Assembly: GCA_964599815.1 (NCBI GenBank)
Contig: CAZRHK010000002.1
Location: 3,112-67,111 of the forward strand
Source: an uncultured Bifidobacterium sp.
Lineage (GTDB): Bacteria > Actinomycetota > Acidimicrobiia > Acidimicrobiales > Ilumatobacteraceae
Direction of reading: 5' to 3'
Length of the DNA: 64,000 nucleotides
Shown here: positions 9,798 through 19,498 of the stretch, one piece after another
How positions within the stretch are numbered: the first letter of the stretch is position 1
Layout: every line of letters starts with the position of its first letter
Made by a program: the position numbers and the translations under genes
The notes under the pieces: generated by a model
Told to the model about the DNA's origin: nothing
Databases searched by the model: none
Seen by the model: the letters and a program-made list of their open reading frames with translations, nothing else

Positions 9798-9998
9798 ATG
9801 CACATGCGAGTACACGTTGATTCATCCAAGTGCCAAGGTCATAACCGTTGCTATGCGTTAGCTCCGGAACTGTTCGATGTGGACGATCTTGGAAACGCAT
9901 TCGAATTGAACGACGGCGTTGTTCCAGCAGCGCTTGAAGACAAGGCACGTTTGGCTGTTGCCAACTGCCCAGAATTTGCAATCACAATCGAAGACTGA
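9798..9998 (+). CDS. Small ferredoxin (single-cluster type, P450 redox partner)
   Basis: 'VDSSKCQGHNRCYALAPELF ... ANCPEFAI' is the usual layout of roughly 65-aa actinobacterial ferredoxins. It sits immediately upstream of a P450. An ATG at 9804 is an alternative start. Confidence 0.85.
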   Translation: MHMRVHVDSSKCQGHNRCYALAPELFDVDDLGNAFELNDGVVPAALEDKARLAVANCPEFAITIED

Positions 9999-10013
9999 CA
10001 AAGGAGCCCCCCA

Positions 10014-11258
10014 ATGACAGACACCGTGTATGGCCCAGTAACAGATTGGGCTACAGACTTTGACCATGGCGCACCTGAATACAACGCCAACATTCATCAA
10101 ATTTGGGACGACCTGAAAGCTGCTGGATGCCCCATTGCTCACACAGAGCGTTACGGCGGGGTGTGGTTGCCACTTACTCACGATTTGGTGAAAGAGATTG
10201 CGTACGACCCATCTCGTTTCTCAAGTCTCACTCCAGTGGTGCAGCAGCTAAAGCCAAGTCAAGTTCGTGAGATGGACCCAGACGCATTGGGTGCACCAAT
10301 TGGGCCTGTACCTCCAATTTCGTCAGACCCTCCGTTCCATGCCGATGCACGTCGCATTCTCTTGCCAGCATTTTCGCCCAAGCAAATTGATCCGTGGCGC
10401 GAAGAAGTTGAACAGATTTGCAACAAACTCATCGACGACATGGGCGATGCAGACATGATTGACGCCGCCGTGCAATACACGCAGCACATTCCAGTTCTTG
10501 TCGTTGCTCAAATGCTTGGCTTGCCACTTTCAGACGCAGACCGTTTTCGCGCATGGGTAGACATGGTCCTTGGCGGTATTGGTGCAGAGCGCAATGAAGA
10601 GCGACTCGCACAGTTCGAAGCAATGGATGCATATCTCACCAAGCACATCGAAGATCACATTGAGAATCCCCGGGACGACTTAACGACCTACCTCATCAAC
10701 TCCGAAATTTTCGGTCAGAAGTTGTCGCCACGTCACGTCTTCGGAACAATTTTGTTGTTGATCATCGCAGGAATCGACACAACTTGGAGCGGTATCGGCT
10801 CTTCGCTGTGGCACCTCGCATCAAATCCAGTTGACCGCCGTCGCCTTGTTGAGAATCCAGAAAAGATTCCAACTGCAGTCGAGGAATTCCTCCGTGCATA
10901 CGCACCTGTCACCATGGCTCGCATGGTCACCGAAGACATGGAATTCCACGGTGTGCACATGAAGAAAGAAGATCGTGTTCTTCTTCCTTTCCCAGCTGCA
11001 AACCGCGACGAGAAGCAGTTCGCTAATCCAGCAGTTGTTGATATCGAGCGTGAAGAAAACCGTCACGCAGCATTCGGTCTCGGAATCCACCGTTGCATTG
11101 GTTCAAACCTTGCTCGTTTGGAAATGAATGTTGCTATCGAGGTGTTCCTCAAGCGTTTCCCAGACTTCGAACTCGATCAGTCCGAACAAGTCACATGGAG
11201 TACTGGTCAGGTTCGCGGTCCTCGCAACTTGCCATTCCGCATCAACGTTCGCGCTTAA
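10014..11258 (+). CDS. Cytochrome P450
   Basis: Heme-binding loop 'FGLGIHRCIGSNLA', I-helix 'AGIDTT', and an ExxR-type 'EEFLR' motif. Confidence 0.95.
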   Translation: MTDTVYGPVTDWATDFDHGAPEYNANIHQIWDDLKAAGCPIAHTERYGGVWLPLTHDLVKEIAYDPSRFSSLTPVVQQLKPSQVREMDPDALGAPIGPVPPISSDPPFHADARRILLPAFSPKQIDPWREEVEQICNKLIDDMGDADMIDAAVQYTQHIPVLVVAQMLGLPLSDADRFRAWVDMVLGGIGAERNEERLAQFEAMDAYLTKHIEDHIENPRDDLTTYLINSEIFGQKLSPRHVFGTILLLIIAGIDTTWSGIGSSLWHLASNPVDRRRLVENPEKIPTAVEEFLRAYAPVTMARMVTEDMEFHGVHMKKEDRVLLPFPAANRDEKQFANPAVVDIEREENRHAAFGLGIHRCIGSNLARLEMNVAIEVFLKRFPDFELDQSEQVTWSTGQVRGPRNLPFRINVRA

Positions 11259-11307
11259 GAACGCACATACCAGCCGCGACACAGCCCAGCCGTACAATGG
11301 CTGGGTC

Positions 11308-13572
11308 ATGTCGCAGTCTCAACTCAACGGTTCTGGTGATTCAGTACCTCTAAATCCCGAACAGCAAGACGCTGTGTATCACCCCGGCGGTCCGTTGTTG
11401 GTGGTGGCTGGCGCTGGTTCTGGAAAAACTCGCGTTCTCACGCAACGCATTGCATGGCTCATCTCTCAAGGCGTTCACCCGCAGAGCATTTTGGCCATCA
11501 CGTTTACCAACAAAGCGGCTGAAGAAATGCGTCATCGCGTGGCAGACCTTGTTGGTGGAGTGTCGCGTGCAATGTGGGTTACTACGTTTCACAAAGCGTG
11601 TGTTCGCATCTTGCGTCAACATGCCGAAGCACTTGATTATCCAAAACAATTCACTATTTACGACTCGCAAGATTCGAAGCGGCTTGTTGGTTATGTCATT
11701 CGAGACATGGGTCTCGACCCCAAGAAGTTTCCCGCTAATACCGCTCAAGCGCGTATCAGTTTGTGGAAAAACGAATTGGTGTCGCCATCAACAGCGTTCG
11801 ATACGGCCGAGCACATTTCCGCACGACGCAATGCAGAGATTTATCGTGAGTACCAAGCGCGGTTGGTCCGTGCCGGCGCTATGGACTTCGACGATCTCTT
11901 GGTGAACGTTGTTCGACTATTTGAAAAGCATCCAGATGTCTTGCGCTATTACCAAGAGCGCTTTAAGCACATTCTCATTGACGAATTTCAAGACACCAAC
12001 CAAGCGCAGAACCGAATTGTTCTCATGCTTGGTGAAATGCACAAGAACGTATGCGTTGTTGGCGATAGCGACCAGAGCATTTATAAGTTTCGTGGTGCCG
12101 ACATGCGAAACATTGAAGACTTTGAGAATGCATTCGGCGAAGCAACAGTGGTGGTGTTGTCGCAGAACTATCGCAGCACACAAACAATCCTCACGGCAGC
12201 AAACTCTGTCATCTCGCAAAACGTTGGTCGCCGTCCAAAAGATTTGTGGACTTCGGCCGGCGATGGTGAACAGATCGTTCGCTACTACGCAGAAGATGAA
12301 TACGACGAAGCATCGTGGGTATCAACAACTGCACGCGACTTGCACAACAACGAAGGACGCGCATGGGGCGACATTGCAGTCATGTATCGCACCAATGCTC
12401 AAAGTCGTTCTATTGAAGAAGCATTCATGCGCGCGGGTACGCCTTACAAAGTTGTGGGCGGCACAAAGTTTTACGACCGTCGTGAGGTGAAGGACGCAAT
12501 TGCGTATTTGAAAGCTGGTGCTAACCCACTCGACGAAATCAGCATTAAGCGTGTTCTTAATGTTCCCAAGCGCGGAATTGGGGATACCAGCATTGGCAAA
12601 GTTGACTCGTTTGCAGCTACGCACGGCGTGTCATTCATAGATGCCATGCGTCGCGCATCGGAAGCAGGCGTTAGTGGATCCGCTGCAAAAGGCATTACAT
12701 CGTTTGTTGCTCTCATCGACGAAATGCACGCGTCTCTTGCAGATGGGCCATCGGCATTGCTGGAACTGGCCATGAACAACAGTGGCTATCTCACTGAGTT
12801 GGAAGAAGAAGACTCCGTTGAAGCGGCAGGTCGTTTAGAAAACATTTCAGAGCTCATCGGTTCTGCTGCTGAATACACTCAGGTCGACGAATTCCTTGAA
12901 CAAGTTGCACTAGTTGCAGATACTGACGACCTAGATGGTGAAAACCACATTGTGCTCATGACATTGCACTCGGCAAAAGGATTGGAATACCCCGTGGTGT
13001 TCTTGGTGGGTTGCGAAGAAGGAATCTTCCCGCACAACCGTGCCTTAACGGAACCGGCAGAGCTGGAAGAAGAACGTCGACTTGCCTATGTAGGTCTCAC
13101 TCGTGCACGCGAACGTCTTTTTGTGTCACACGCATGGCATCGCATGCTGTTTGGTCAGTCTCAATACAACCCGCCGTCGCGATTCCTTGCGGAAATCCCT
13201 GTTGAACTCTTCGACCGACAAGGCAATGTTGATTCAGGCGCAGATCACGGCCGCAGTTTTGGTCGCACACCCGGCGACTGGCACGATGCAGATCTGCCGT
13301 CGTATCGACGCAAGAACGACGACGAACCAGAAGGCCGCACGTTTGGGGCGCGCCGTCAAGAGCGCGCCGTCCGTGCGCCTGCTCAGCCCAGAAACACCGA
13401 GCATCTTGCTGGCTTGAAAGCCGGTGACGACGTTGAGCATGCAGTGTTCGGCGAAGGTGTCGTTATTGAGATCAAGGGCACTGGCGACAAGGCTGAAGTC
13501 ACAGTTCGTTTCCGTGACAGAGGCACCAAACACCTTGCACTGGCATGGGCGCCATTAAAGAAATTGTCCTGA
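11308..13572 (+). CDS. pcrA: ATP-dependent DNA helicase PcrA/UvrD (SF1)
   Basis: 'LNPEQQDAV', Walker A 'AGAGSGKT', 'DEFQDTN', 'QNYRST', 'TLHSAKGLEYPVVFL' and 'RRLAYVGLTRA'. Start placed at the ATG at 11308, because the longer ORF overlaps the P450 3' end. Confidence 0.95.
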   Translation: MSQSQLNGSGDSVPLNPEQQDAVYHPGGPLLVVAGAGSGKTRVLTQRIAWLISQGVHPQSILAITFTNKAAEEMRHRVADLVGGVSRAMWVTTFHKACVRILRQHAEALDYPKQFTIYDSQDSKRLVGYVIRDMGLDPKKFPANTAQARISLWKNELVSPSTAFDTAEHISARRNAEIYREYQARLVRAGAMDFDDLLVNVVRLFEKHPDVLRYYQERFKHILIDEFQDTNQAQNRIVLMLGEMHKNVCVVGDSDQSIYKFRGADMRNIEDFENAFGEATVVVLSQNYRSTQTILTAANSVISQNVGRRPKDLWTSAGDGEQIVRYYAEDEYDEASWVSTTARDLHNNEGRAWGDIAVMYRTNAQSRSIEEAFMRAGTPYKVVGGTKFYDRREVKDAIAYLKAGANPLDEISIKRVLNVPKRGIGDTSIGKVDSFAATHGVSFIDAMRRASEAGVSGSAAKGITSFVALIDEMHASLADGPSALLELAMNNSGYLTELEEEDSVEAAGRLENISELIGSAAEYTQVDEFLEQVALVADTDDLDGENHIVLMTLHSAKGLEYPVVFLVGCEEGIFPHNRALTEPAELEEERRLAYVGLTRARERLFVSHAWHRMLFGQSQYNPPSRFLAEIPVELFDRQGNVDSGADHGRSFGRTPGDWHDADLPSYRRKNDDEPEGRTFGARRQERAVRAPAQPRNTEHLAGLKAGDDVEHAVFGEGVVIEIKGTGDKAEVTVRFRDRGTKHLALAWAPLKKLS

Positions 13573-13602
13573 AATACTTTCTGCGCCTTGCGGAGTAGTT
13601 AA

Positions 13603-14040
13603 ATGGAAGCCATGAAGGCAGCCATTCTGATTGAAAGTCTCACCGGCAATACATGGAAGGCTGGCGAACTCATCGCCGCAAACCTGCAACAAGAGGGCTG
13701 GTCTATCACTGGTTTCTCAGCAGTGAAGACTCCCGATCACGCTTCAATTCAAGAAGCAGACACCGTCATCGTTGGCACGTGGGTACACGGGTTGTTTGTT
13801 GTTGGTCAGGCACCATGGGCAATTGACAGACTGCGTGCGTTGCCTGCAATGTCTGGGAAGAAAGCAGTTGCATTCTGCACATTTGCGCTGAATCCAGGCA
13901 AGTCACTCGATGTCATGACAAACACATTGTTGTCTCGTGGTGCAGAAGTTGTTGGCGGTCTTGCACTGCATCGCGGCAAACTTGCTGCACACTCAGAAGA
14001 GTTTGCAATTCGTCTCGTCGACTCTGTGTCAGCGAAATAA
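13603..14040 (+). CDS. Flavodoxin-family protein
   Basis: N-terminal 'ESLTGNT' FMN phosphate-binding signature and about 145 aa in length. An alternative ATG lies at 13612. Confidence 0.65.
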   Translation: MEAMKAAILIESLTGNTWKAGELIAANLQQEGWSITGFSAVKTPDHASIQEADTVIVGTWVHGLFVVGQAPWAIDRLRALPAMSGKKAVAFCTFALNPGKSLDVMTNTLLSRGAEVVGGLALHRGKLAAHSEEFAIRLVDSVSAK

Positions 14041-14064
14041 TCTCCGCGTAAATCGCGGCGGGCC

Positions 14065-14562
14065 CTACGGCAATGTTGGGGTGGTGACGCCGCGCAAATC
14101 CACGTACAACGTTTTTCTGTTCTCCACAATGGGGCGCACGGATTGCGGCAATGTGAGATCGTCAACGGTGAGAGTGCGACCGTCGCAGTCTGTGAATTCA
14201 CGAGACCCTTCTTCGTGAGTCACTAAGCAAGTGGAATCTCGGTCGGCGGGGTAGCCGTAGTACACGCGCCAGCCAACTGCTGGGTCATCTCCGGTGTGGT
14301 CGAGAACAATGGATCGAACGCCATCGGGGCTCTTGAGGTCGGGGAACAGCAGAGGTCCGCCTTCGGCGACGGCCTTGGCCATGGCCTCCACTTTGCCCAC
14401 CTCGAATACCTTGTTGGCAATGGCATCGCCAGAGTCGGCGCGGTCTGTGATGGTGTCGGCGACGAACCACAGGCCTGCAAAAAAGGCAACGAAGAACACA
14501 ATTCCGCCCAAAACAGGCACAACAGCCCGAGCCAAGGGGGAGCGTAAGCGGGGTGTTTCCAT
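14065..14562 (-). CDS. Hypothetical N-terminally anchored membrane protein
   Basis: Single N-terminal TM helix (VVPVLGGIVFFVAFFAGLWFV) followed by a soluble domain. No recognisable family motif. Confidence 0.45.
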   Translation of the reverse strand: METPRLRSPLARAVVPVLGGIVFFVAFFAGLWFVADTITDRADSGDAIANKVFEVGKVEAMAKAVAEGGPLLFPDLKSPDGVRSIVLDHTGDDPAVGWRVYYGYPADRDSTCLVTHEEGSREFTDCDGRTLTVDDLTLPQSVRPIVENRKTLYVDLRGVTTPTLP

Positions 14563-14619
14563 GCCCCCATTGTGGCGGGTTGGTAAGGCAGTACCTATTC
14601 GGCGTAGGGTTTCTTTCCT

Positions 14620-15021
14620 GTGAAGCGCCCCTACCGAGTTGTTGTTGCCAAGCCTGGCCTAGATGGTCATGACCGTGGAGCCAAGACCATTACCCGTGCT
14701 CTGCGAGATCACGGCTTTGAGGTCATCTACACCGGTCTGCATCAAACCCCAGAACAAATTGCTGAAACTGCACTGCAAGAAGATGCAGACGCAGTTGGTT
14801 TGTCACTTCTCTCTGGTGCGCACAACACATTGTTTCCTCGAGTGATGGAAGAACTGCGCAATCGAGACATGGCCGACATCTTGGTGTTCGGCGGTGGTGT
14901 AATTCCCGATGCTGATGCACGCGTGTTGCGCGAACAAGGCGTGGGAAACATCTTTGGGCCTGGCTCATCACTCAAAGCCATTAGTCAGTGGCTTGAAGAA
15001 GAACTCGACAACCGCGAATAG
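14620..15021 (+). CDS. Stand-alone cobalamin (B12)-binding domain protein (methylmalonyl-CoA mutase small/C-terminal subunit type)
   Basis: GTG start. '[16 protein letters not shown]' carries the DxHxxG base-off/His-on motif. '[10 protein letters not shown]' and 'VFGGGVIP' are typical of mutase B12 domains. Confidence 0.85.
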   Translation: MKRPYRVVVAKPGLDGHDRGAKTITRALRDHGFEVIYTGLHQTPEQIAETALQEDADAVGLSLLSGAHNTLFPRVMEELRNRDMADILVFGGGVIPDADARVLREQGVGNIFGPGSSLKAISQWLEEELDNRE

Positions 15022-15039
15022 AAATACACGGAGTAATTC

Positions 15040-16185
15040 ATGGACCTCTTTGAGTATCAAGGCAAGCAGTACTTTGCGCGCTACGACATCCCCGTTTCAA
15101 AAGGCGATGTTGCGCACACTGTTGATGAAGCAGTGAAGGCAGCAGATGCAGCTGGTTATCCAGTTGTTGTGAAGGCACAAGTGCAAGTTGGTGGTCGCGG
15201 TAAGGCTGGCGGCATCAAGTTGGCAAATAACGCCGACGAAGTGCGCACTCACGCCGGAAACATTCTTGGCATGGACATCAAGGGCCACCTTGTGAAGCGC
15301 GTATGGGTGGAAAACGCCAGCGACATTGCCGAGGAGTACTACGCATCGTTCACACTCGATCGCGGCGCAAAGAAGCACTTGCTCATGTTGAGCAAAGAAG
15401 GCGGCGTGGAGATTGAAGAAGTTGCTGCAAAGAATCCATCAGCAATTCTCATGCTGCACATCGACCCAGTCGTTGGCCTTTCTGCAGATGCAGCCAAGAA
15501 AGCTGCTGTTGACGCAAAGATTCCAGAGAAGGCACAACAAGGTGTTGCAGACATTCTTGTAAAGCTCTACCGCTGCTTCACTGAAGGTGACTGCGACCTT
15601 GCAGAAATCAACCCGTTAATTCTGAAGCCAACAGGCGAAGTACATGCGCTGGACGCAAAAGTCAGCCTCGATGCAAACGCAGATTTCCGTCACCCAGAGT
15701 GGGAAGAGTTCAAGGCAACAGAAGAACTCGATGCCCGCGAAAAGCTTGCACGCGAAAAGGGACTGCAATACATCGGACTTGATGGCACGGTGGGAATCAT
15801 CGCAAACGGCGCTGGTCTTGCAATGAGCACCCTCGACGTGGTGAATCAAGTGGGCGGCACTGCAGCAAACTTCCTAGACATCGGTGGCGGCGCAAATGCA
15901 GACCTAATGGCCGGCGCACTCGAGGTCATCAACTCTGACCAGAACGTGAAGAGCATCTTCATCAACATCTTTGGTGGAATCACTCGTGGCGAAGAAGTTG
16001 CCAAGGGAATCGTGGAAGCACTTGGTCGCGTAGAACTTCGCGCACCAATCGTTATTCGTCTCGATGGCACTAACGCCGAAGAGGGACGTTCAATTTTGGC
16101 TAACGCCGGAATTCCCGAATCAAAACTCACCAGCAAGCCAACAATGCTCGAGGCCGCAAAGGCCGCAGTGGCACTCTCGAAGTAA
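15040..16185 (+). CDS. sucC: Succinyl-CoA synthetase beta subunit
   Basis: 'MDLFEYQGKQYF' N-terminus, ATG-start ATP-grasp domain, and 'NIFGGITR' near the C-terminal ligase-CoA domain. Confidence 0.97.
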   Translation: MDLFEYQGKQYFARYDIPVSKGDVAHTVDEAVKAADAAGYPVVVKAQVQVGGRGKAGGIKLANNADEVRTHAGNILGMDIKGHLVKRVWVENASDIAEEYYASFTLDRGAKKHLLMLSKEGGVEIEEVAAKNPSAILMLHIDPVVGLSADAAKKAAVDAKIPEKAQQGVADILVKLYRCFTEGDCDLAEINPLILKPTGEVHALDAKVSLDANADFRHPEWEEFKATEELDAREKLAREKGLQYIGLDGTVGIIANGAGLAMSTLDVVNQVGGTAANFLDIGGGANADLMAGALEVINSDQNVKSIFINIFGGITRGEEVAKGIVEALGRVELRAPIVIRLDGTNAEEGRSILANAGIPESKLTSKPTMLEAAKAAVALSK

Positions 16186-16196
16186 GGACCACCAAC

Positions 16197-17096
16197 ATGG
16201 CAATTTTCGTAAACCAAGACACCAAAGTCATCGTGCAAGGTCTCACCGGAGGCCAAGGCAAGTACCACGGACTTCGTAACAAGGCCTATGGAACACAAGT
16301 TGTTGCTGGTGTAACACCTGGCAAGGGTGGCACCGATGTTGAAGGCATCCCCGTGTACAACAGCGTTGCTGAAGCGGTGGCCGCAACTGGTGCAACCGCG
16401 TCATTCGTTACCGTCCCGCCCAAGGCAGCATCTGCAGCAATTCTTGAAGCCGCAGCAGCAGGTATCACTTTCATTGTGTGCATTACCGAAGGTATTCCTG
16501 CACAAGATGAAGCACGTACGTACAACACGTTGGTGCGCGACTATCCAAACGTTCGTTTGCTTGGTCCAAACTGCCCAGGAATCATTAGCCCAGGAAAGTG
16601 CAACATCGGCATTACCGCTGGCGAGATCGCAGAACTTCCATCGGCAACCGGACCAAACGTTGGCATCGTGTCGCGTTCAGGAACATTGACATACCAAGCG
16701 CTGTACGAATTGAAGCAACGTGGTATTGGCGTATCAACATGTGTTGGCATTGGTGGAGACCCAGTTCCTGGAACATCATTCATTGATTGCTTGCGCGAGT
16801 TCCAAAACGATCCTGAGACACACGCCATCATCATGATTGGTGAAATTGGTGGATCTGCTGAAGAAGAAGCAGCCGAGTTCATCAAGGCCAACGTCACAAA
16901 GCCAATGTCTGCATACATCGCTGGTGTTACTGCACCTGCCGGAAAGAAGATGGGCCACGCTGGCGCCATTGTTTCGGGCGGTAAGGGAACAGCACAAGGA
17001 AAGATGGATGCACTTCGCGATGCTGGTGTGAAAGTGGGACAAAACCCCACCGAAGCTGGCGAGTTGATGGCTGAAATCGTCGCCGGGCTGCGCTGA
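16197..17096 (+). CDS. sucD: Succinyl-CoA synthetase alpha subunit
   Basis: 'GPNCPGII', 'SRSGTLTY' and the phosphohistidine loop 'MGHAGAI'. Confidence 0.97.
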   Translation: MAIFVNQDTKVIVQGLTGGQGKYHGLRNKAYGTQVVAGVTPGKGGTDVEGIPVYNSVAEAVAATGATASFVTVPPKAASAAILEAAAAGITFIVCITEGIPAQDEARTYNTLVRDYPNVRLLGPNCPGIISPGKCNIGITAGEIAELPSATGPNVGIVSRSGTLTYQALYELKQRGIGVSTCVGIGGDPVPGTSFIDCLREFQNDPETHAIIMIGEIGGSAEEEAAEFIKANVTKPMSAYIAGVTAPAGKKMGHAGAIVSGGKGTAQGKMDALRDAGVKVGQNPTEAGELMAEIVAGLR

Positions 17097-18605
17097 GTGC
17101 CACGCGCACTTCTTTCCGTTTACGACAAAACCGGCATTGCTGAGTTTGCCTCGGCGCTTCATGCGTTGGGATGGACACTGCTGTCAAGCGGTGGCACTGC
17201 TGCGCACATCTCGGCTGCTGGCGTACCTGTCACCGATGTTGCAGAGGTAACTGGAACTCCACCAATTCTTGATCACCGCGTGGTGACGTTGCATCCCAAT
17301 GTGCACGGTGGCATTTTGGCCGACAGAGACAATCCACAACACATGGATGAGTTGCAACAATACGGAATCGACGAAATCGACCTGGTTGTTGTGAATTTGT
17401 ATCCATTTGGTTCGAAGCCTGGCATTGATCTCATTGATGTCGGTGGGCCAGCAATGGTGCGCGCGGCAGCAAAGAACTTTGCTCACGTCGGTGTTGTTGT
17501 TGATACCGCCGATTATGCAGATGTGCTGGAGATGATTGAAGGTGGCTACTTCGGTATTTCTGCACGACGCGTTCTTGCACAGAAAGCGTTTCGCATCACT
17601 AGCGCCTACGACGCGGCAATTGCATCATGGCTGGCAGACGAAAACCCAGATCGAGCAAGCGCGTTAGTGCCACCAATTCTCACAATGGTCGCTGAACGCG
17701 CCGAAATTCTTCGTTACGGCGAGAATCCACATCAAGTCGGTGCGCGATATCGCTTGCCTGGTGTTGAAAGTTGGTGGGATTCTGCCGTGCAACTCAATGG
17801 CAAAGAAATGTCGTATTTGAATGTGCTGGATACAGAAGCCGCATGGCAATTAGTGAGCACATTCGATCGACCAGCAGCCGTTGTGGTGAAGCACGCCAAT
17901 CCGTGTGGCGTTGCATTAGACAGCACTATTCATGGTGCATACACGAAGGCACATGCGGCAGACCCAATTAGTGCGTTTGGTGGAATTGTTGCTGTCAACG
18001 GTGAAGTGAATGAAGCAACAGCGCAAGAGATTTCTCAGGTGTTCACGGAAGTTGTCATTGCGCCATCGTTTAGCGCAGAAGCATTAGAGATTTTGTGTGA
18101 GAAGGAAAATTTGCGACTTATTGAAGCCGTCGCTCCGTATCACTCCATGGCCATCGACGTTCGTTCCATCGATGGCGGGCTTCTCGTGCAACAAGTTGAT
18201 GAAGCAGATGAACCACTTGATGATTTCACTGTGGTGACAGACAGAGCTCCGTCCGATGTTGAATGGCAAGACTTGCTTCTTGCTTGGCAAACAGTGGCGG
18301 CAACGTGGAGCAATGCCATCGTCTTGGCCAACAATGAAATTGTGGTGGGTGTTGGTGGCGGTCAGCCGAATCGAGTTGATGCTGCGCGAATCGCCATCAC
18401 TCGTGCGGGAGATTCTGCCCGTGGGGCCGTTGCCGCAAGCGATGCTTTCTTTCCGTTCGGCGATACGGTCGAAGAGTTGGCCGCTGCAGGCGTCACTGCC
18501 ATTATCCAACCCGGTGGCAGTGTGCGGGATTCTGCATCCATCTCGGCGGCCAACACCCATGGCATTGCCATGGTGTTCACCGGAACCCGCCACTTCCGCC
18601 ACTAA
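17097..18605 (+). CDS. purH: Bifunctional AICAR transformylase / IMP cyclohydrolase
   Basis: GTG start directly abutting the sucD stop (TGAGTG). 'RALLSVYDKTG' (MGS-like domain), 'VVKHANPCGVA', and the C-terminus 'TGTRHFRH'. Confidence 0.95.
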   Translation: MPRALLSVYDKTGIAEFASALHALGWTLLSSGGTAAHISAAGVPVTDVAEVTGTPPILDHRVVTLHPNVHGGILADRDNPQHMDELQQYGIDEIDLVVVNLYPFGSKPGIDLIDVGGPAMVRAAAKNFAHVGVVVDTADYADVLEMIEGGYFGISARRVLAQKAFRITSAYDAAIASWLADENPDRASALVPPILTMVAERAEILRYGENPHQVGARYRLPGVESWWDSAVQLNGKEMSYLNVLDTEAAWQLVSTFDRPAAVVVKHANPCGVALDSTIHGAYTKAHAADPISAFGGIVAVNGEVNEATAQEISQVFTEVVIAPSFSAEALEILCEKENLRLIEAVAPYHSMAIDVRSIDGGLLVQQVDEADEPLDDFTVVTDRAPSDVEWQDLLLAWQTVAATWSNAIVLANNEIVVGVGGGQPNRVDAARIAITRAGDSARGAVAASDAFFPFGDTVEELAAAGVTAIIQPGGSVRDSASISAANTHGIAMVFTGTRHFRH

Positions 18606-18625
18606 CGAAGTCGTAGACTGCATAA

Positions 18626-19486
18626 ATGGCGAAAATTGGAGACCTCCTCGCTGCAGGACGCACGTTCTCATTTGAGTTCTCGCCTCCCAAATCTGCCGCA
18701 GGTTCTATGTCGCTGGGCCGCACCATTGCCGAACTAGAGCCACTGGCGCCGTCGTTTGTGTCAGTTACTTATGGCGCGGGTGGTTCCACTCGCGAGCACA
18801 CCCGCGACACGGTGCTGTGGGTGAAAAAGGAAACCAACGTCCCGCCCATGCCGCACCTCACGTGTGTTGGCCACACGCGTCAAGAGATCACAGACATCAT
18901 GTCCACCTACGTTGAGGCAGGAATTGAAAATGTTCTCGCTCTCGCTGGTGACCCACCAAAGAACGCAGAAGATGCGGCACCAAGTGACTTCACGTACGCA
19001 TTAGAACTTGTTGAACATCTTCGAGACATTTGCGATGTAGGTATTGGTGTTGCGGCGCACCCTGAAGGGCATCCGCGTTCGCCAGATTTGGCAACCGACC
19101 GGCGTCATTTGGCCGACAAGTTGCGTGTTACCGACTTTGCAACCACCCAGTTCTTTTTCGACATTGATCACTACTTGTCTCTGGTTAACGACCTTGCAGA
19201 TCTTGGTGTTAACAAACCAGTGGTGCCCGGCATCATGCCCGTCACCAACATTGCGCAAGTAGAACGCATGGCCGAATTGTCTGGCGCTGCGTTTCCGTTG
19301 TGGCTGCGCGAGAAATTGGAAGCAGGTCGTACGCCAGAAGAGGTTCGACAAATTGGTGTCGATGCAGCAACTCAACTTTGTGCCAAGTTGTTGGAAGCCG
19401 GGGCTCCTGGCTTGCACTTCTATACGTTGAACAAGTCAACGGCCACGTTGGAGATCTACGCCCAATTGGGCCTTCCCGTTGCCTAA
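18626..19486 (+). CDS. metF: 5,10-methylenetetrahydrofolate reductase
   Basis: 'SFEFSPPK', 'VTYGAGGST' and 'HFYTLN' motifs. Confidence 0.92.
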   Translation: MAKIGDLLAAGRTFSFEFSPPKSAAGSMSLGRTIAELEPLAPSFVSVTYGAGGSTREHTRDTVLWVKKETNVPPMPHLTCVGHTRQEITDIMSTYVEAGIENVLALAGDPPKNAEDAAPSDFTYALELVEHLRDICDVGIGVAAHPEGHPRSPDLATDRRHLADKLRVTDFATTQFFFDIDHYLSLVNDLADLGVNKPVVPGIMPVTNIAQVERMAELSGAAFPLWLREKLEAGRTPEEVRQIGVDAATQLCAKLLEAGAPGLHFYTLNKSTATLEIYAQLGLPVA

Positions 19487-19498
19487 GTCGCATTTCTC

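Noticed and set aside
11128-11307. An N-terminal extension of pcrA (ORF track start 11128). Similar upstream extensions exist for guaA (3682), hppA (25815), the ABC ATPase (60692), the sortase (55591), tatA (34691) and the methyltransferase (49758).
   Set aside because: The extensions overlap neighbouring genes or translate to non-conserved, compositionally odd sequence. Internal ATG or GTG codons align with the conserved N-termini of the families and often have an SD or a stop/start overlap.
14563-17099. Looked for a cobalamin riboswitch before the B12-domain gene and a ZTP (pfl) riboswitch before purH.
   Set aside because: The leader before 14620 is 57 nt, and purH abuts the sucD stop directly, so there is no room for either structure. 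Likewise, metF has only a 20-nt leader.
18084-18671. A 195-aa minus-strand ORF overlapping the purH 3' end and the metF start. Similar antisense ORFs lie in sdhB (28635-29207) and sucD (16541-17050).
   Set aside because: These are shadow ORFs opposite strongly supported genes, and none has a recognisable family signature.
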